Below, piece by piece: positions 1 to 11,864 of a DNA stretch of 64,000 nt. Position numbers and translations under genes: made by a program. Positions within the stretch are counted from its first letter, which is position 1. The number at the start of each line of letters is the position of its first letter. Origin of the DNA: Isurus oxyrinchus (lineage: Eukaryota); the NCBI GenBank assembly GCA_026770705.1, contig JANJGN010000010.1:168206001-168270000 (forward strand), written 5' to 3'. The notes beneath the pieces were generated by a model. That model worked only from the letters and a program-made list of their open reading frames with translations. It was not told the DNA's origin and did no database searches.

Positions 1-299
1 AATTAAACGTGTGTATAGCTTTAAATGCTGTTAGGAAATCCAAGATGGTGTTGCCGTACATTTCTTCTCAATGAAGTTTCCGGTGCTTGTCAGTTTTGGT
101 GGCCTCACAGTAATGGCGTTTGCAATTTCTGTGTTTTAAAATTCTCAGCAGCATCTCTCTGGATTGACCTTTCTGAGCCTCTCTTGCACTATCTGAGGGT
201 TCTTCGGTCTTGAAACTATTGATTCCCAGCTTCTGCTGGTTTTTCTTTAACTGCTGATTATTTGTTAATTTAATTTAATTTTTTTCTCATTCAGAGCGA

Positions 300-2653
300 G
301 CTCGGCCACCATGTGGTTAAGCACCAATTTGGGACTTGGCTGTTCATGATGTGTTTAAATGTGATGTCTGATCACATATCATCTGCACGTTCAAAGTGGG
401 AAACCTTTCCTATTGATCTATGTGACTGGCTGTTGCCAGGGAGCTCTCAAGGCCACACGTGTGCCATCAATCCCTTGCACTTGTGAGGATTCTGAGATTG
501 TTGCAAAACCCAATGCTTTTGTGCTATGCTTTCAGGATCCAGGACAAATTGGTGCGCTGTCCTGAATAGCTGCAACACCTGCGATATACCTGTGGTCGGG
601 CCAATGCTCACGGTTGCACAGTCCTGGTTGCCAGTATCCTACATTTCTTTAGGTCCTGCTGCTCCTTGGTGCTCAGGCCATTGCTCCTCCTGGCCTTGTT
701 CCAACCTGCACGGGTCAGTCCTCCTTCTCATCTGGATGAGGGCCAGTGGCAAGACAGGGTTGCTTAGAGCCTGCATCATCTAATTCTCAGTGGATCTGTG
801 AATGAATTGCAGTAATCAATCTACTAAGTATATTCCATTTAGGTTTGCCTCCATACCAGAACCACCAAATTGGTGCTAAGCCCTGTACCTGGTTTTGGCC
901 TAGACATTGCATCCCCATCCCATCGCTTCCAGGTGAAGGAACATCCTGGAGAAATAGAGATGAATGTTGCTCCCATTCATACATGAATGAGTATGGAGCT
1001 GTTGTTCTTTGACTAGGTTGATGATCGCCATGTCCGAGAACCACCACCTCCCCCCCACCACCCACCCCCCCCCCCCCACCCCACCGCCCCGCCACCTCCC
1101 CCCCCATACCATTCTGCCTGACTCCATTACCCTCGTGACTCTATAAGAGACCACTGCTTTGGCAGTATCGAAAGACTTCCCCATGAGCCCTTGTCAGCCA
1201 TGACCATTCACTGAGAGGATGGAGATTGGGAGTTGGCTTCCATCCACCAGCCATGTCCCTTGGAGGCATCTACCCCTCTCCCTCCCTTCATTCCTGCCTC
1301 CGACAGCAGCAGATGGCAAATCACACTGACTGAAGGCTGCTCCAGACCTTACTTGGATCTCGATGTTATGAGACCCATTAGTCAGGGAGCAAACCTGTTG
1401 CCGTGTGGGCTTCACTGTAGAGAGGAGAACACAACTGAGCATGGTTCTTATCCAGTTGCCTCAAGATTATTAGGGTGTTCCTTTAGTCAACCAATTGTGC
1501 TCACCTTGAACTCTACCACCTGAAAAGGCCCTCCTCCCACTTTGAGGGATCACAGTTCCAGTGACATTGTTGCATAGCTGAAAATCTCAAAATGGTGAAA
1601 TTTGAGACTCATTCCACCACCTTCTACTCTCCCATTGTCATCCACTGTCTTCCCCCCATCACCCTTGACCCACCCAATTTGATTCTCCTCCCCTCTGTCA
1701 GCTTTGAATCATCCCCCATTAGCCTTGCAACTATAACCATCACCCTCTACATGCCTTCTTTCCCCTCTGAGCCTACACCAGTTACGAACTGTATGCCCCC
1801 CAACTCCCAATCCTGACCCCTCTCATGATCCGAGCCATTGTTTTGTCCATTTCCATGAACCCCTCCATGAAACCTTCAGCTACCCAACTATCACCCTGGA
1901 CCTGTCATCCTACCGCATCACACTGCCACCCCTACACCCTCACTGTGACCATTCCCTCTGCTACCCAGTATCCTCAGTTTAATCCCCAGGACCTAACCAT
2001 TGACAGCACCAACTCCACCCTCTAGGACCATCTCTCTACCACCATCCCTGCCCAGATACCCCTCTCCCACCCAACCAAAGAAGCCCCAGACCCAACAAAC
2101 AAGGGCCTTTCCTCTATCCCTCATCCCTGCACCCTCACATTCACTCACCCCTTCCATCCATCCCTGGACAGCCTCTCCCCTTTCCCCCCTTAGCCAGCCT
2201 CCTTTGTCCAGCATCCACTTCACCCTTCCACTTGACCCCCTTTCCCCCTTATCCTGTCTGCCATGTCCAGCCTCCGGTCCACCCTTCCCCGTTTAGTCTG
2301 CCTCCTGTGTCCAGCCTTCACTCAGCTTTGCCTGCTGGCACTCGATCTGAGTCAAGAAACTGGGATTTGTGAGCAGTCCCCAAGAAAGTCAAAGCAGCGC
2401 CTCCTCACTTCAAAGTCTAGGAAGAAGTTAAGCTTGCCTGGTGTACACCACTTACATACAGTCATAAATGTGAATGTTCTAACTTCTCACTCGTGGGGAA
2501 CTTATTTTGGAGGGGAAACGTAATTCCGATGAGGTGGCTTTTAATGAGCGTGCATGACTTGCTCCTGCACGAGAAAGGGCTTCCCTATATTGTTCTTCAA
2601 GGAGCTCGACCCCCCTCTCAAGTTCCAAGAATTGAATTCCTAAAGTTCATCCC
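300..2653 (-). mobile_element. Decayed PIF/Harbinger DNA transposon remnant; HARBI1-like transposase fragment at about 340-500
   Basis: Minus-strand translation gives QGIDGTRVALRAPWQQPVT*INRKGF..LNVQMICD, the IDGTH/NRKGFHSLNVQ..CD motifs of Harbinger transposases. A C/T-rich tract (1590-2330) resembles 38440-39470, and AAAGTTCATCCC at 2642-2653 resembles the termini of other Harbinger copies here. Boundaries approximate. Confidence 0.6.
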
Positions 2654-2683
2654 ACCATTGGGAAACTGATTTTTGGTCTCCTG

Positions 2684-3149
2684 CCAAATTACATTCCCCC
2701 ACCCACCAAATTACATTCCCTCACCCACCAAATTACATTCCCCCACCCACCAAATTACATTCCCCCACCCACCAAATTACATTCCCTCACCCATCAAATT
2801 ACATTCCCTCACCCATCAAATTACATTCCCCCACCCACCAAATTACATTCCCCCACCCACCAAATTACATTCCCTCACCCATCAAATTACATTCCCCCAC
2901 CCACCAAATTACATTCCCCCACCCACCAAATTACATTCCCTCACCCATCAAATTACATTCCCCCACCCATCAAATTACATTCCCTCACCCATCAAATTAC
3001 ATTCCCCCACCCATCAAATTACATTCCCCCACCCACCAAATTACATTCCCCCACCCATCAAATTACATTCCCCCACCCACCAAATTACATTCCCCCACCC
3101 ACCAAATTACATTCCCCCACCCATCAAATTACATTCCCCCACCCATCAA
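2684..3149. repeat. 22-bp minisatellite, about 21 copies (CCAAATTACATTCCCCCACCCA with C/T variants)
   Basis: Directly visible tandem array; explains the repetitive 177-aa ORF 2673-3206. Confidence 0.97.
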
Positions 3150-3162
3150 GCTTCTCACTGTT

Positions 3163-4730
3163 GGTGGGACCAGAAGATTCCACCCATATTTTTAACATTC
3201 TTTTAGGGAAAGGGGACAAATAAAGAAATTGTTTAATTACCCCAAATAAATATTTGAATACAAGTCAGCTATTTGATATCGTTTATTACACTGTAGTGGA
3301 ACCAACATTGAAAATGCTCAAATGCTCCAAATTCACAATTCTACTAAAGAATTTCGCCTCAATACATTATAAAATGTCACAGTTAAAGTCAAAAGCTGTT
3401 AAAGTCAATAAGATCATTTTAAAGTATGACAAATAAGTTGTGAAATTACTGCCAATGTTTGCAAAGCAGAAGTATTCTGAATATTGTTTGATACTATTTT
3501 CACCAATTTTTCCCCTTTCCCTCCTAAGATGTTGTCTGGCCTGGACACAGTTTAAGTTCCAGCAGCCCTCAAGAACCTGACTCATGTGCATTTTTTGATA
3601 TGCCATCTAGACAATCACTGTTGTAGCCTATTTGACTGTAGAATCTAGGGTTCTGAATTTCTGCAGGTATATCCTTGACTGGGAGATTGGTAGAACACAC
3701 AAAGGATTTACAAAGAAATAAACAGCTGTTTTTAGCCATTTATATCATAATTCCAGGTGCTCCCACACTCTGTGGCTGGAGGCGTTGAGGGGTTTCAGTG
3801 CTAATGTCTGATATTCGTAGATGTGGTAAAGACAAAGTGAGACTCATTTTTCAAATTTCTAGGACATTATAAAGACATTTTTGCGTCTTTTTAAAATCCT
3901 TTATCAATGCACTATTTTCATTATTTACTCACGTTGCATGGGATTGACACAGAAAAAGACTTGGCAAGCAATATGTGCAAGAAGCAAATACTGTTTCTGA
4001 AAAATGAAACAAAATCAGAAATTACCGGAGGCTCACATCTGGTCAAGCAAGACCATGAAGGGAAAGAAAAGAGCACCCATGGAGAGAGTAGACAAGATGC
4101 TTTGAATGTGGATTCCTCTGATGAACAGTATTTGAAAAGGAACAGATTACGGTGAAGAGTGAACGGGAAAAATCAGGAATGTACACAGAGGAAAAGTAAT
4201 AGATAAGCTGTAAAGTACTTAAACCAAAGAAAAGGAGGTGGTTAAATGGCTGAAATGATATTAGAATGAGCCATTAAAAAGCATAATAAGAGAAATAAAG
4301 GCAAATATGAGACACTGGGGGTAATTTTATCCTAACTGACCTAGTGGGATACTGATGGGATTGGATCAGCTGCATAATTTTATTCTCCAACGATTTTAAG
4401 GGAATGTTAAAAACAGGAGCGATATAAAATTGACTGCAGAGAACGTGAGAGTAGCTAAGTGGTGGAGGCAGAATGAAGGGAAATCTTGAAAAATTGGCAA
4501 TGCAGAACAGTCTCCATCCCATTTCAATTAAGCCTTTCTAAACCTTCCTGGGTTGTCTATATAGATATGAGTAACCTACCAATGTAGGTTCCACTACGGT
4601 GTAATAAACAACATCAAATAGCTGACTTGTATTCTAATATTTATTTGGGTAATTAAACACTTTCTTTATTTGCCCCCTTTCCCCAAAAGAATGTTGCAAA
4701 AAAAAAAGGGTGGAATCTTCCAGTCCCACC
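3163..4730. repeat. About 150-bp imperfect inverted repeat pair (3163-3310 and 4580-4730)
   Basis: GAATACAAGTCAGCTATTTGAT and TTTAATTACCC in the left arm match the reverse complements ATCAAATAGCTGACTTGTATTC and GGGTAATTAAA in the right arm. Confidence 0.9.
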
Positions 4731-5494
4731 CCAGGAAAATGAAAACAAATGGAAAGCTGGAAGCTCATTTTTAATTGTCTTTTTTCTCAGTAGTGTCTAG
4801 GAATTTTTCTCAAGCTATTCCTTAAGCAAGTATTTCAATTTTGGACTGAAGGGATTTTTAAAATGAAGGTTTTCTTCTCTTACTCTTAAAATGTTTATTG
4901 ACAAGTTGATACATTTGGCTTGAAGCAGCAGCTAGCACATCATTGGGACAGACATTAAACAGCAATAGCTTCTAAAACACATGAACCTCAGAAATAATAG
5001 GGTTTGTGCTTTATGACTGTCGCAGGGAACAAAAAGCCATTCAACTCATTAAGGTTGCCACTTCCACAGCCTGTGAAAAATCTATTTTATTGCGAACTAG
5101 AATTGTCTCACTTAGCTGAGGGAAAGTTTGTATAGACGTTCCCTGAACCTTAAAGCTAATCAAGCAAGACACTAGAATATTCATCCAGCTTCTCACCTCC
5201 AGTATTCACCGTGATCTGTTGTCATCCACAGAAAATGTAGCCTTTCCCTCATTCTGTTTGAACACTCTATGTTACTAAAGAAAAAGATGCCAGTTCAATG
5301 ATCTGATTCCTTTAATATATAATAAATCTGAAGTTATTCAAGCTGCCAGAGATAAACTGAGATGAAGGTCACTGTGCCATGTGTCAAGCTGTTCATCGTT
5401 TGCAGTGTCCCTGACTCCCTGTCTGTCTGACACCAATAAATTCATCAAAACAAAAGGAAAAACAAATAGGCATGTAAAATGATGTTCCCAGTAA

Positions 5495-5856
5495 CAGAAA
5501 TGAGGGGCATAGATAGGGTAGGTAGGAAGAAACTTTTCCCCTTAGCAGAGGTGTCAATAACCAGGATTTAATGTAAGGGGGCAGGAGGTTTAAAGGGGAT
5601 TTGAGGAATTTTTTTTTCTCTCCCAGAGGGTGTTTGGAACCTGGAACACACTGCCTGAGGGGGTGGTGGAGGCAGGAACTCTCACAATATTTAAGAAATA
5701 TTTAGATGAGCACTTGAAATGCCATAGCATACAGGGCTATGGAAAATGGGTGCTGGAAAATGGGATTAGAATGGATAGGGGCTTGAAGCCTGGCACAGAC
5801 ACGATGGGCTGAATGGCCTGTTTCTGTGCTGTATAACTCTGACTCTGTGACTCTAT
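5495..5856 (+). mobile_element. CR1-clade LINE 3' fragment
   Basis: ORF2 C-terminus WNTLPEGVVEAGTLTIFKKYLDEHL followed by tail GATGGGCTGAATGGCCTGTTTCTGTGCTGTA and short ACTCTG/ACTCTATG repeats. Confidence 0.85.
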
Positions 5857-6884
5857 GAACTCACAAGTGGTGTTACCATCATTTTTGGACCAGGCCAATT
5901 TATTTTTGAGCCTGTTGTGTGGAAGTTTCTAAATTGTAAAGTGGACACCTTGTGGTGAATTGGAACCCACTCAAAATCCATTAACACACACACACATGCA
6001 CACACACACGCACAGAGTTAAAATCAGGTCCCCGAAACCTCAGTTTTAAGAAAAAGTATAAGCCCACTTCTACACTTAAATCTGAATCTAATGAAATTAA
6101 TAAATCAGAAGTCCGACCACGCTTATGCCCCCTGCCTCTTCCCATGCACCATCAATCTTGAACTGAACAAAAGGTTCAGAAATGATGAAAACAACAGTTA
6201 ACTCTGCTCTGAATGAAAAGAGCAGAGGGCACTGAATAATGCATTGTTAATTGTGATTTGTGTATCATGAGCAATGAAGGGAGGTCAACTGCATGACTCA
6301 TGATCAGTAACTTCAGTGGTTGGTACTTGTAGGTGTAATATGAATCATTTTGAAGAGTTCACCACTATATGACCAATTTATACCATGAGTATAGAAAGTA
6401 TTATTCATGGTCTGAAATATGTACCACTCCTTTGTACAAGGAAGTAGCACTGTAATTCTTTTATGGCAATTTTATCTTGTTCCCTGCTTCTTGAAAGCAT
6501 TGATTTCTTACAGAGGTAAAAGTCCACAGGCATCACTTGTGTAACCTCATATACTCCTCCTTCTTCCAATACCATATCCTGTGAGTGAGGGTGGATTGGG
6601 GGTCACGAGGTAGGAGTCTGAGAGTGGGGCGGTTGGATGCAAGAGCAGGGGTTTGGCTTTCAGTGGCCTAACTCTCCTGTCGAATGCTGGGTCCCTCCAT
6701 TGGGCACAGAGTTGCTGACCAGGAAAGACCTCCCCCACCGGGATGTTGCTGGCCGGCCTTCCAAGGGCACAGGAAAGCTGTGCGACTCCCTTGAGCAACC
6801 AATAGATTAATGAGTCTAATTGGCAGCCCCCCCCACTGGTGGCCGGGTATCCCTGTCAGCCCCTTCTGCCCTCCCACTTAATCA

Positions 6885-7614
6885 GGGCTGGGTTTTGCCG
6901 CCGCTGGGAGACTGACGTGGGGTCCTTCCCATGATGAAGTGGGTCCGGTTACCATGGGGCAGAACTTTACTCCCTACAGGTGGGCGCATGCTCAACCCAA
7001 TCAGGCACAGAATTGCGCGAGGAGACGCTGACATCATTGCGCACCCGTGCAATATTTCGCTTGGCGGGCATGCGCAAAATTCGGATACATACCCACTGAC
7101 AATTAAGAGGGCAATTAAGCCCACTAACGGCGCAGTTGTCTCCTATTTTTCATGGCCCGTCCAACCTTACTGTTGGCAGACAGGCAAATCGGCCAGGCGG
7201 CCTTTACACTTTTAAGCAAACCTAATCCAAGGGCGGGGTGAAATTTCCATTATGAAATAAAATAAAAATTAATCTCTGTGGACAGCATTTTTATCAGCTA
7301 TATTTTCAGGTGCTTGATTGTAATACATGGACATTTTGCATCTTTTTAAACCTTTATTTGAACATTTTCAGGTCTGCAGCTTCCAGACGCAGCTGTCTAC
7401 CTTCAGGGAGCTTGCTCACAGTTCTCACCCGTGCCCACGGAAGCATCATTACCCGCCCTTTTCCCGCCCTCACCCCCACCCTGGCAGCTCTAGCTGGCCG
7501 TTAATTGGCCAGTGTGAAAGCACAGTCAGGGGCTGATCACGGGTTGGGCCTCATTTCCCGACGGCTCCCAGACCCACCGTTTGCGCGTGCTTGCCAAGAG
7601 TAAAATTCAGGCCC
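6885..7614. mobile_element. Non-autonomous Harbinger-like element (MITE)
   Basis: Termini GGGCTGGGTTTT...AAAATTCAGGCCC; interior is the reverse-complement homologue of 62657-63295 (e.g. GCCCGTCCAACCTTA / TAAGGTTGGACGGGC). Confidence 0.65.
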
Positions 7615-8809
7615 ATGTTCCGCACCACGACTGGCTCCAACTGTTGGGACCAAGCTTGGGCTCTTCCTGAACTGTATGCCTCAGCAATTGACTGGGTAAA
7701 CTTGTTGCAAGAGAGAGAAAAGTGCTAATGTCTTCACTTTCTTTTTACTCTGTTTTGTCATTGCATTGTACATTCTTGAGATGCGAACTCTTTGTAATCT
7801 CTAATTTTTGATGCTTTAATGAATCAAACTGTGTTTCACAAATATGTAACAGCTCATTTAACTAAGGGCCTTAAAAATGCACCAATCCTTCCAGTTACAT
7901 TTCTGGACCATAAAGTGCTAAGCATGACTAAGGCACGGGTCTTGACAATTTACTACAAGATACATGGATGTACAGTTTTTCACTGCAAAATGTTTTGGTA
8001 AAATTTTACTGGAACTTTAAGGGAGGTTTACAGAAAAAATAGATATTTCCTCAATAATCTTGATGATAAAAAGTCTTAAATGATAGTTCTCAAAAATATA
8101 TCTTTTTAACAAATGAAGCATTAACACAAATGGCTCGATTTGATAATGTTCACTTCCCATTATGGAACAGCGCGATTCAGAGTTTGATTCTTGGTTTGTG
8201 CTTTATTCACTGATCTTACCAGCAATGGTACACCAACTGGTCAAAAATGAGGAGCTTGCTTCCACCTTCTACCCGGTAATCTGTATTTGAAAATTAACAT
8301 TGGATGAGAACAAAGATCAGGCTTAGCTGTGATGCCACGAAGGTTGAATAGCCTGATGGAGTCCATATGAAGAACAACCAATCAGTAGGAGAACCAAAGG
8401 ATAACCAGTATCCATGGAAACATCCTTTGTGGGATTCAAGAGACAGAGAGCAAATTGTAAAATACACAAATAACAGTCAGCAGTTTTTATCACCTTTACC
8501 AACAGCCATAGTTACTTGTCTAACAATAAGGTAACGGTGCATCTTATTAAATATTCTGCTTATTAAAAGATTTAATCAAACACTGCCAGAAAATTAAAGA
8601 ATGGAAGTTATTGACAATAACATTGTGGTATTGTGATTTGCTTAGCAATCATTTTGATAATAACAGAACAGTAAGTTCAGATTTTTCTTATTTAAAAACA
8701 AATTAACAACTGCTTCAAAAAAGTATAGATAAGGAGATATTTTGTAAATTCCAGGGAATCCATTGAAATTTTGTCAAGCCTTTCCTTTCACAATTCCACT
8801 GGTGCTGGA

Positions 8810-8952
8810 AACAAAGAAAACTGCGGATGCTGGAAATCTAAAACAAAAACAGAATTACCTGGAAAAACTCAGTAGGTCTGGCAGCATCGGCGGAGGAGAA
8901 AAGAGTTGACGTTTCGAGTCCTCATGACCCTTCGACAGAACTTGATGAAGTT
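8810..8952 (-). mobile_element. Short Penelope-like (PLE) 3'-terminal insertion with hammerhead motif
   Basis: Flanked by 13-bp TSD CACTGGTGCTGGA (8797-8809, 8953-8965); near-identical to copies at 9.1, 9.8, 14.2, 25.5 and 28.2 kb. Confidence 0.85.
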
Positions 8953-9060
8953 CACTGGTGCTGGACCTGTTCAAATGCGCCATCTAGTGGAAAATACTAT
9001 CACAGCCTCTGTCTTATAGGAGAACATCCTGCATGGATTCATCTCAAACGGTAAAGTGTA

Positions 9061-9237
9061 AACCAGCTTATATTTCAACTTTTTCTTGGACTCGAACTCA
9101 AGTTCTGTCGAAGGGTCATGAGGACTCGAAACGTCAACTCTTTTCTTCCCCGCCGATGCTGCCAGACCTGCTGAGTTTTTCCAGGTAATTCTGTTTTTGT
9201 TTTGGATTTCCAGCATCCGCAGTTTTTTTGTTTTATC
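9061..9237 (+). mobile_element. Short PLE 3'-terminal insertion with hammerhead motif
   Basis: 8-bp TSD AAAGTGTA (9053-9060, 9238-9245); T-rich 3' tail CCAGCATCCGCAGTTTTTTTGTTTT. Confidence 0.85.
9101..9139 (+). ncRNA. Minimal type I hammerhead-ribozyme-like motif with variant core; also at 8904-8942(-) and in the 14.2, 25.6 and 28.2 kb copies
   Basis: AGUU-CUGUCGA-A-GGGUC(AUGAG)GACUC-GAAAC-GUC-AACU: helix I AGUU/AACU, helix II GGGUC/GACUC, palindromic ACGU in place of helix III, predicted cleavage after C9135. Activity not shown. Confidence 0.7.
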
Positions 9238-9808
9238 AAAGTGTATTTCACCATCAGTAAACCATTTAAAAGTTGAACTGCTGCAAAGAGCAACTTTTGA
9301 CACCTGCTTTTCAATGTTGATTTAACAAACAAAATACTAATAGAATTAATGCTCTTTCAGTGGCACAGAATCTCTTGGGGTAATTTAAACCTATGTGCCA
9401 TACTGGGCAGTTACCCATTAAGGTCAACACAGTCTTTCACATTCATACACACCTACACACCCAAATGTGGCTCCATTTCTCAGTAGCCAGGGGAAGAAGA
9501 GTTCAGCACAGCGCTCCAATTCTTGAATGGTGGTTGAGTTTTTGTGATTAGCTGTGAGTTGACAAGAGAGTCAACCATCCTGTTAGATTAAAAACTAAGG
9601 TTAAAAAATTCATGAGCATTGCACGTAACATAAAGCTGAAGTGGTGAGATAATGATACTGTTTTCCAAAAACCTACATCTTTTGCTAAGCTTTAAGCTGC
9701 TCCATCTAATATCTCCGGCTTTGGCTATGTGTCAATTCTTGTCTAATTATGCTTCTGTTAAGTACCTTGGGAAGCTTTCCTACGTTAAAGGCACTATTTA
9801 AATCCAAA

Positions 9809-9912
9809 ACAAAAACAGAATTACCTGGAAAAACTCAGCAGGTCTGGCAGCATCGGCGGAGAAGAAAAGAGTTGACATTTCGAGTCCTCATGACCCTTGA
9901 ACAGAACTTGAA
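9809..9912 (-). mobile_element. Short PLE insertion lacking most of the tail
   Basis: 13-bp TSD ATTTAAATCCAAA (9796-9808, 9913-9925); its AAATCCAAA overlaps the element's own sequence (microhomology). Confidence 0.8.
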
Positions 9913-11864
9913 ATTTAAATCCAAATGTATTTTAAACAACTGGGCATCGATTGCATTGTGTTGTGTAGTTAGCCTATTAATTTATTGCAACTTCTAACTG
10001 ACTGGGTAGGAGAACTGCTTTAGGTGGCACTGCTTGCCAGAAATCAATCACAGGCCAAATTTTTGTCTGATGTGAATCCTTTAAAATCAACCCAATGTTA
10101 AACTAGAAAGCACTGACTGTATTTCAGTGACTGATAATGTGACGGAGAGCTCAAGAAATTAAATCTGCTCAAGTTAAATATACTCTATTCTGATTTAAAT
10201 TTTAGATTTGATATTATGGAAGGAACAGAGACAATCAGAGCTCTTCCACACCATATCACAATAATAAAGATTGATCATTCTGAAACTGTACATTATTAGC
10301 AGGAGGAGTATAATTACAGCTAGTTAAGGCAGCGGATAGATGTGAGACTGCAGCCAAGCCCTTTTCGGAATAGTTGCTGACAGGCCGTCTACTTACATAA
10401 AATTATCTTCATTTAGATATTATCCTTTTAAGGAAATCTGCGGTTAAGCAATGGTGCTTCAACCCAGTTGGAGTGGCAGAATGCACAGGTTTCTGTGACC
10501 ATTCAGTCACCATTTTTACACTCAGTCACATCATCAGGAGAAGCATGAACCTGGAGTTGTAAAAGGGAACAGGCAATTCTGCTCTTCAATTTGACCCAGG
10601 TTCTCTTCAAACACATATCAACAGCTAGTTCAACACCACAATTGACAGAGGTGATGGCAAGTGGATCGTGGGGAAGGGGAAGGGAGATGAGAATATTATA
10701 TAAAAATGTGGGGGTGGGAGATTCTCCAAAAGGAATTACACACACTGTTTAATGAAGATGATTTATATTTTCTGCCTATGTTAATGTTTTAATGCTAGTT
10801 CCCACATTAATGTACAACAACAATGTTAGTTCACAAGGCACTTTGCAACAATTATACAAACTTTCTGATTAATTTGTTGATCCCCAGCCCTAACTCTTGG
10901 AATAATCTCCTTCTCTGAACCATGCCAAATGCATCAGTATTCTTTTGACGATGATGCCCAAAATTGCTCATTTTTATCAAATACATATTTCCATAAATCA
11001 TTACCTTCTGTTTCTATCATCAAGGTTGTTTTCAAACCAGCTTGCCATTTTGCTAATAATTCCTTGAATCTTAACCTTCTTTAAAAATCTTGCATGTGAA
11101 CATTTCTTCCAGAATTCAGGAATTCTTTAGCAAACTCCACGATGAACCCTTAGAACTGTTCCTCTACTTTCCAACTGCCTCGCGTTGATGCACCACCCCA
11201 TTTGTGTGCCGTTCCTATCTTCTTGAACATAGGAATAAGAAAAAGAGAAAAAAACTTAGGAATATGACCGAGATTGGCCGCTAAAGGTGAGGAATGTTTA
11301 AAGGTCAGTTCCCAACCACCACCACCTGCAGTAAAGTGCACAAAGGTCAACTCAAAATAATGCATTGCATATGCAACACTTCATACATGCTCTTGCACAC
11401 ATGCAAGTTCTTCCTCATTATACTGGGTACCTCTGGAACAGCTGCAGCCAGCAGGCAGCTCATTACATGGAGCAATTGTTGACACTCAAAAATCATCATC
11501 TTGTAATTGCTAGACCCCTGTGTTCTACATCTCTTCATCTGAGATACAACATGAGCTGGCCTTCCGATTCCTGGACTTTCCTTCTCACTTCTACCTGCTC
11601 TGCTCAACTTGTGAGTTCCTCTACTACGGTCACCTTGAGCTTACTGTAAGTCAAGTGGGACGCCTCTGCTAGTGCTTAACCAGGTAAGAGAGAGTAATGG
11701 TGTATTGTCTTCAGAGTTATCCTCATTTGTCTGCTTGACAGCAGCAACCGAGTCATCTGATTGACTTAGATAAAGGGGAGAGGGACAAGTGTTGGGCTGT
11801 AGTTAATCACTGGCAGATGAGTGGTAGCAGAATACATTATTGGGTTATCATAACATAGAAAATT

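Noticed and set aside
2673-3206. 177-aa repetitive ORF / CRISPR-like array
   Set aside because: Pure 22-bp tandem repeat with no unique spacers and no cas genes; the ORF is a by-product.
11150-11650. Cluster of overlapping short ORFs, possibly an old transposon coding relic
   Set aside because: No motif I can identify; needs a BLASTX/HMM search.
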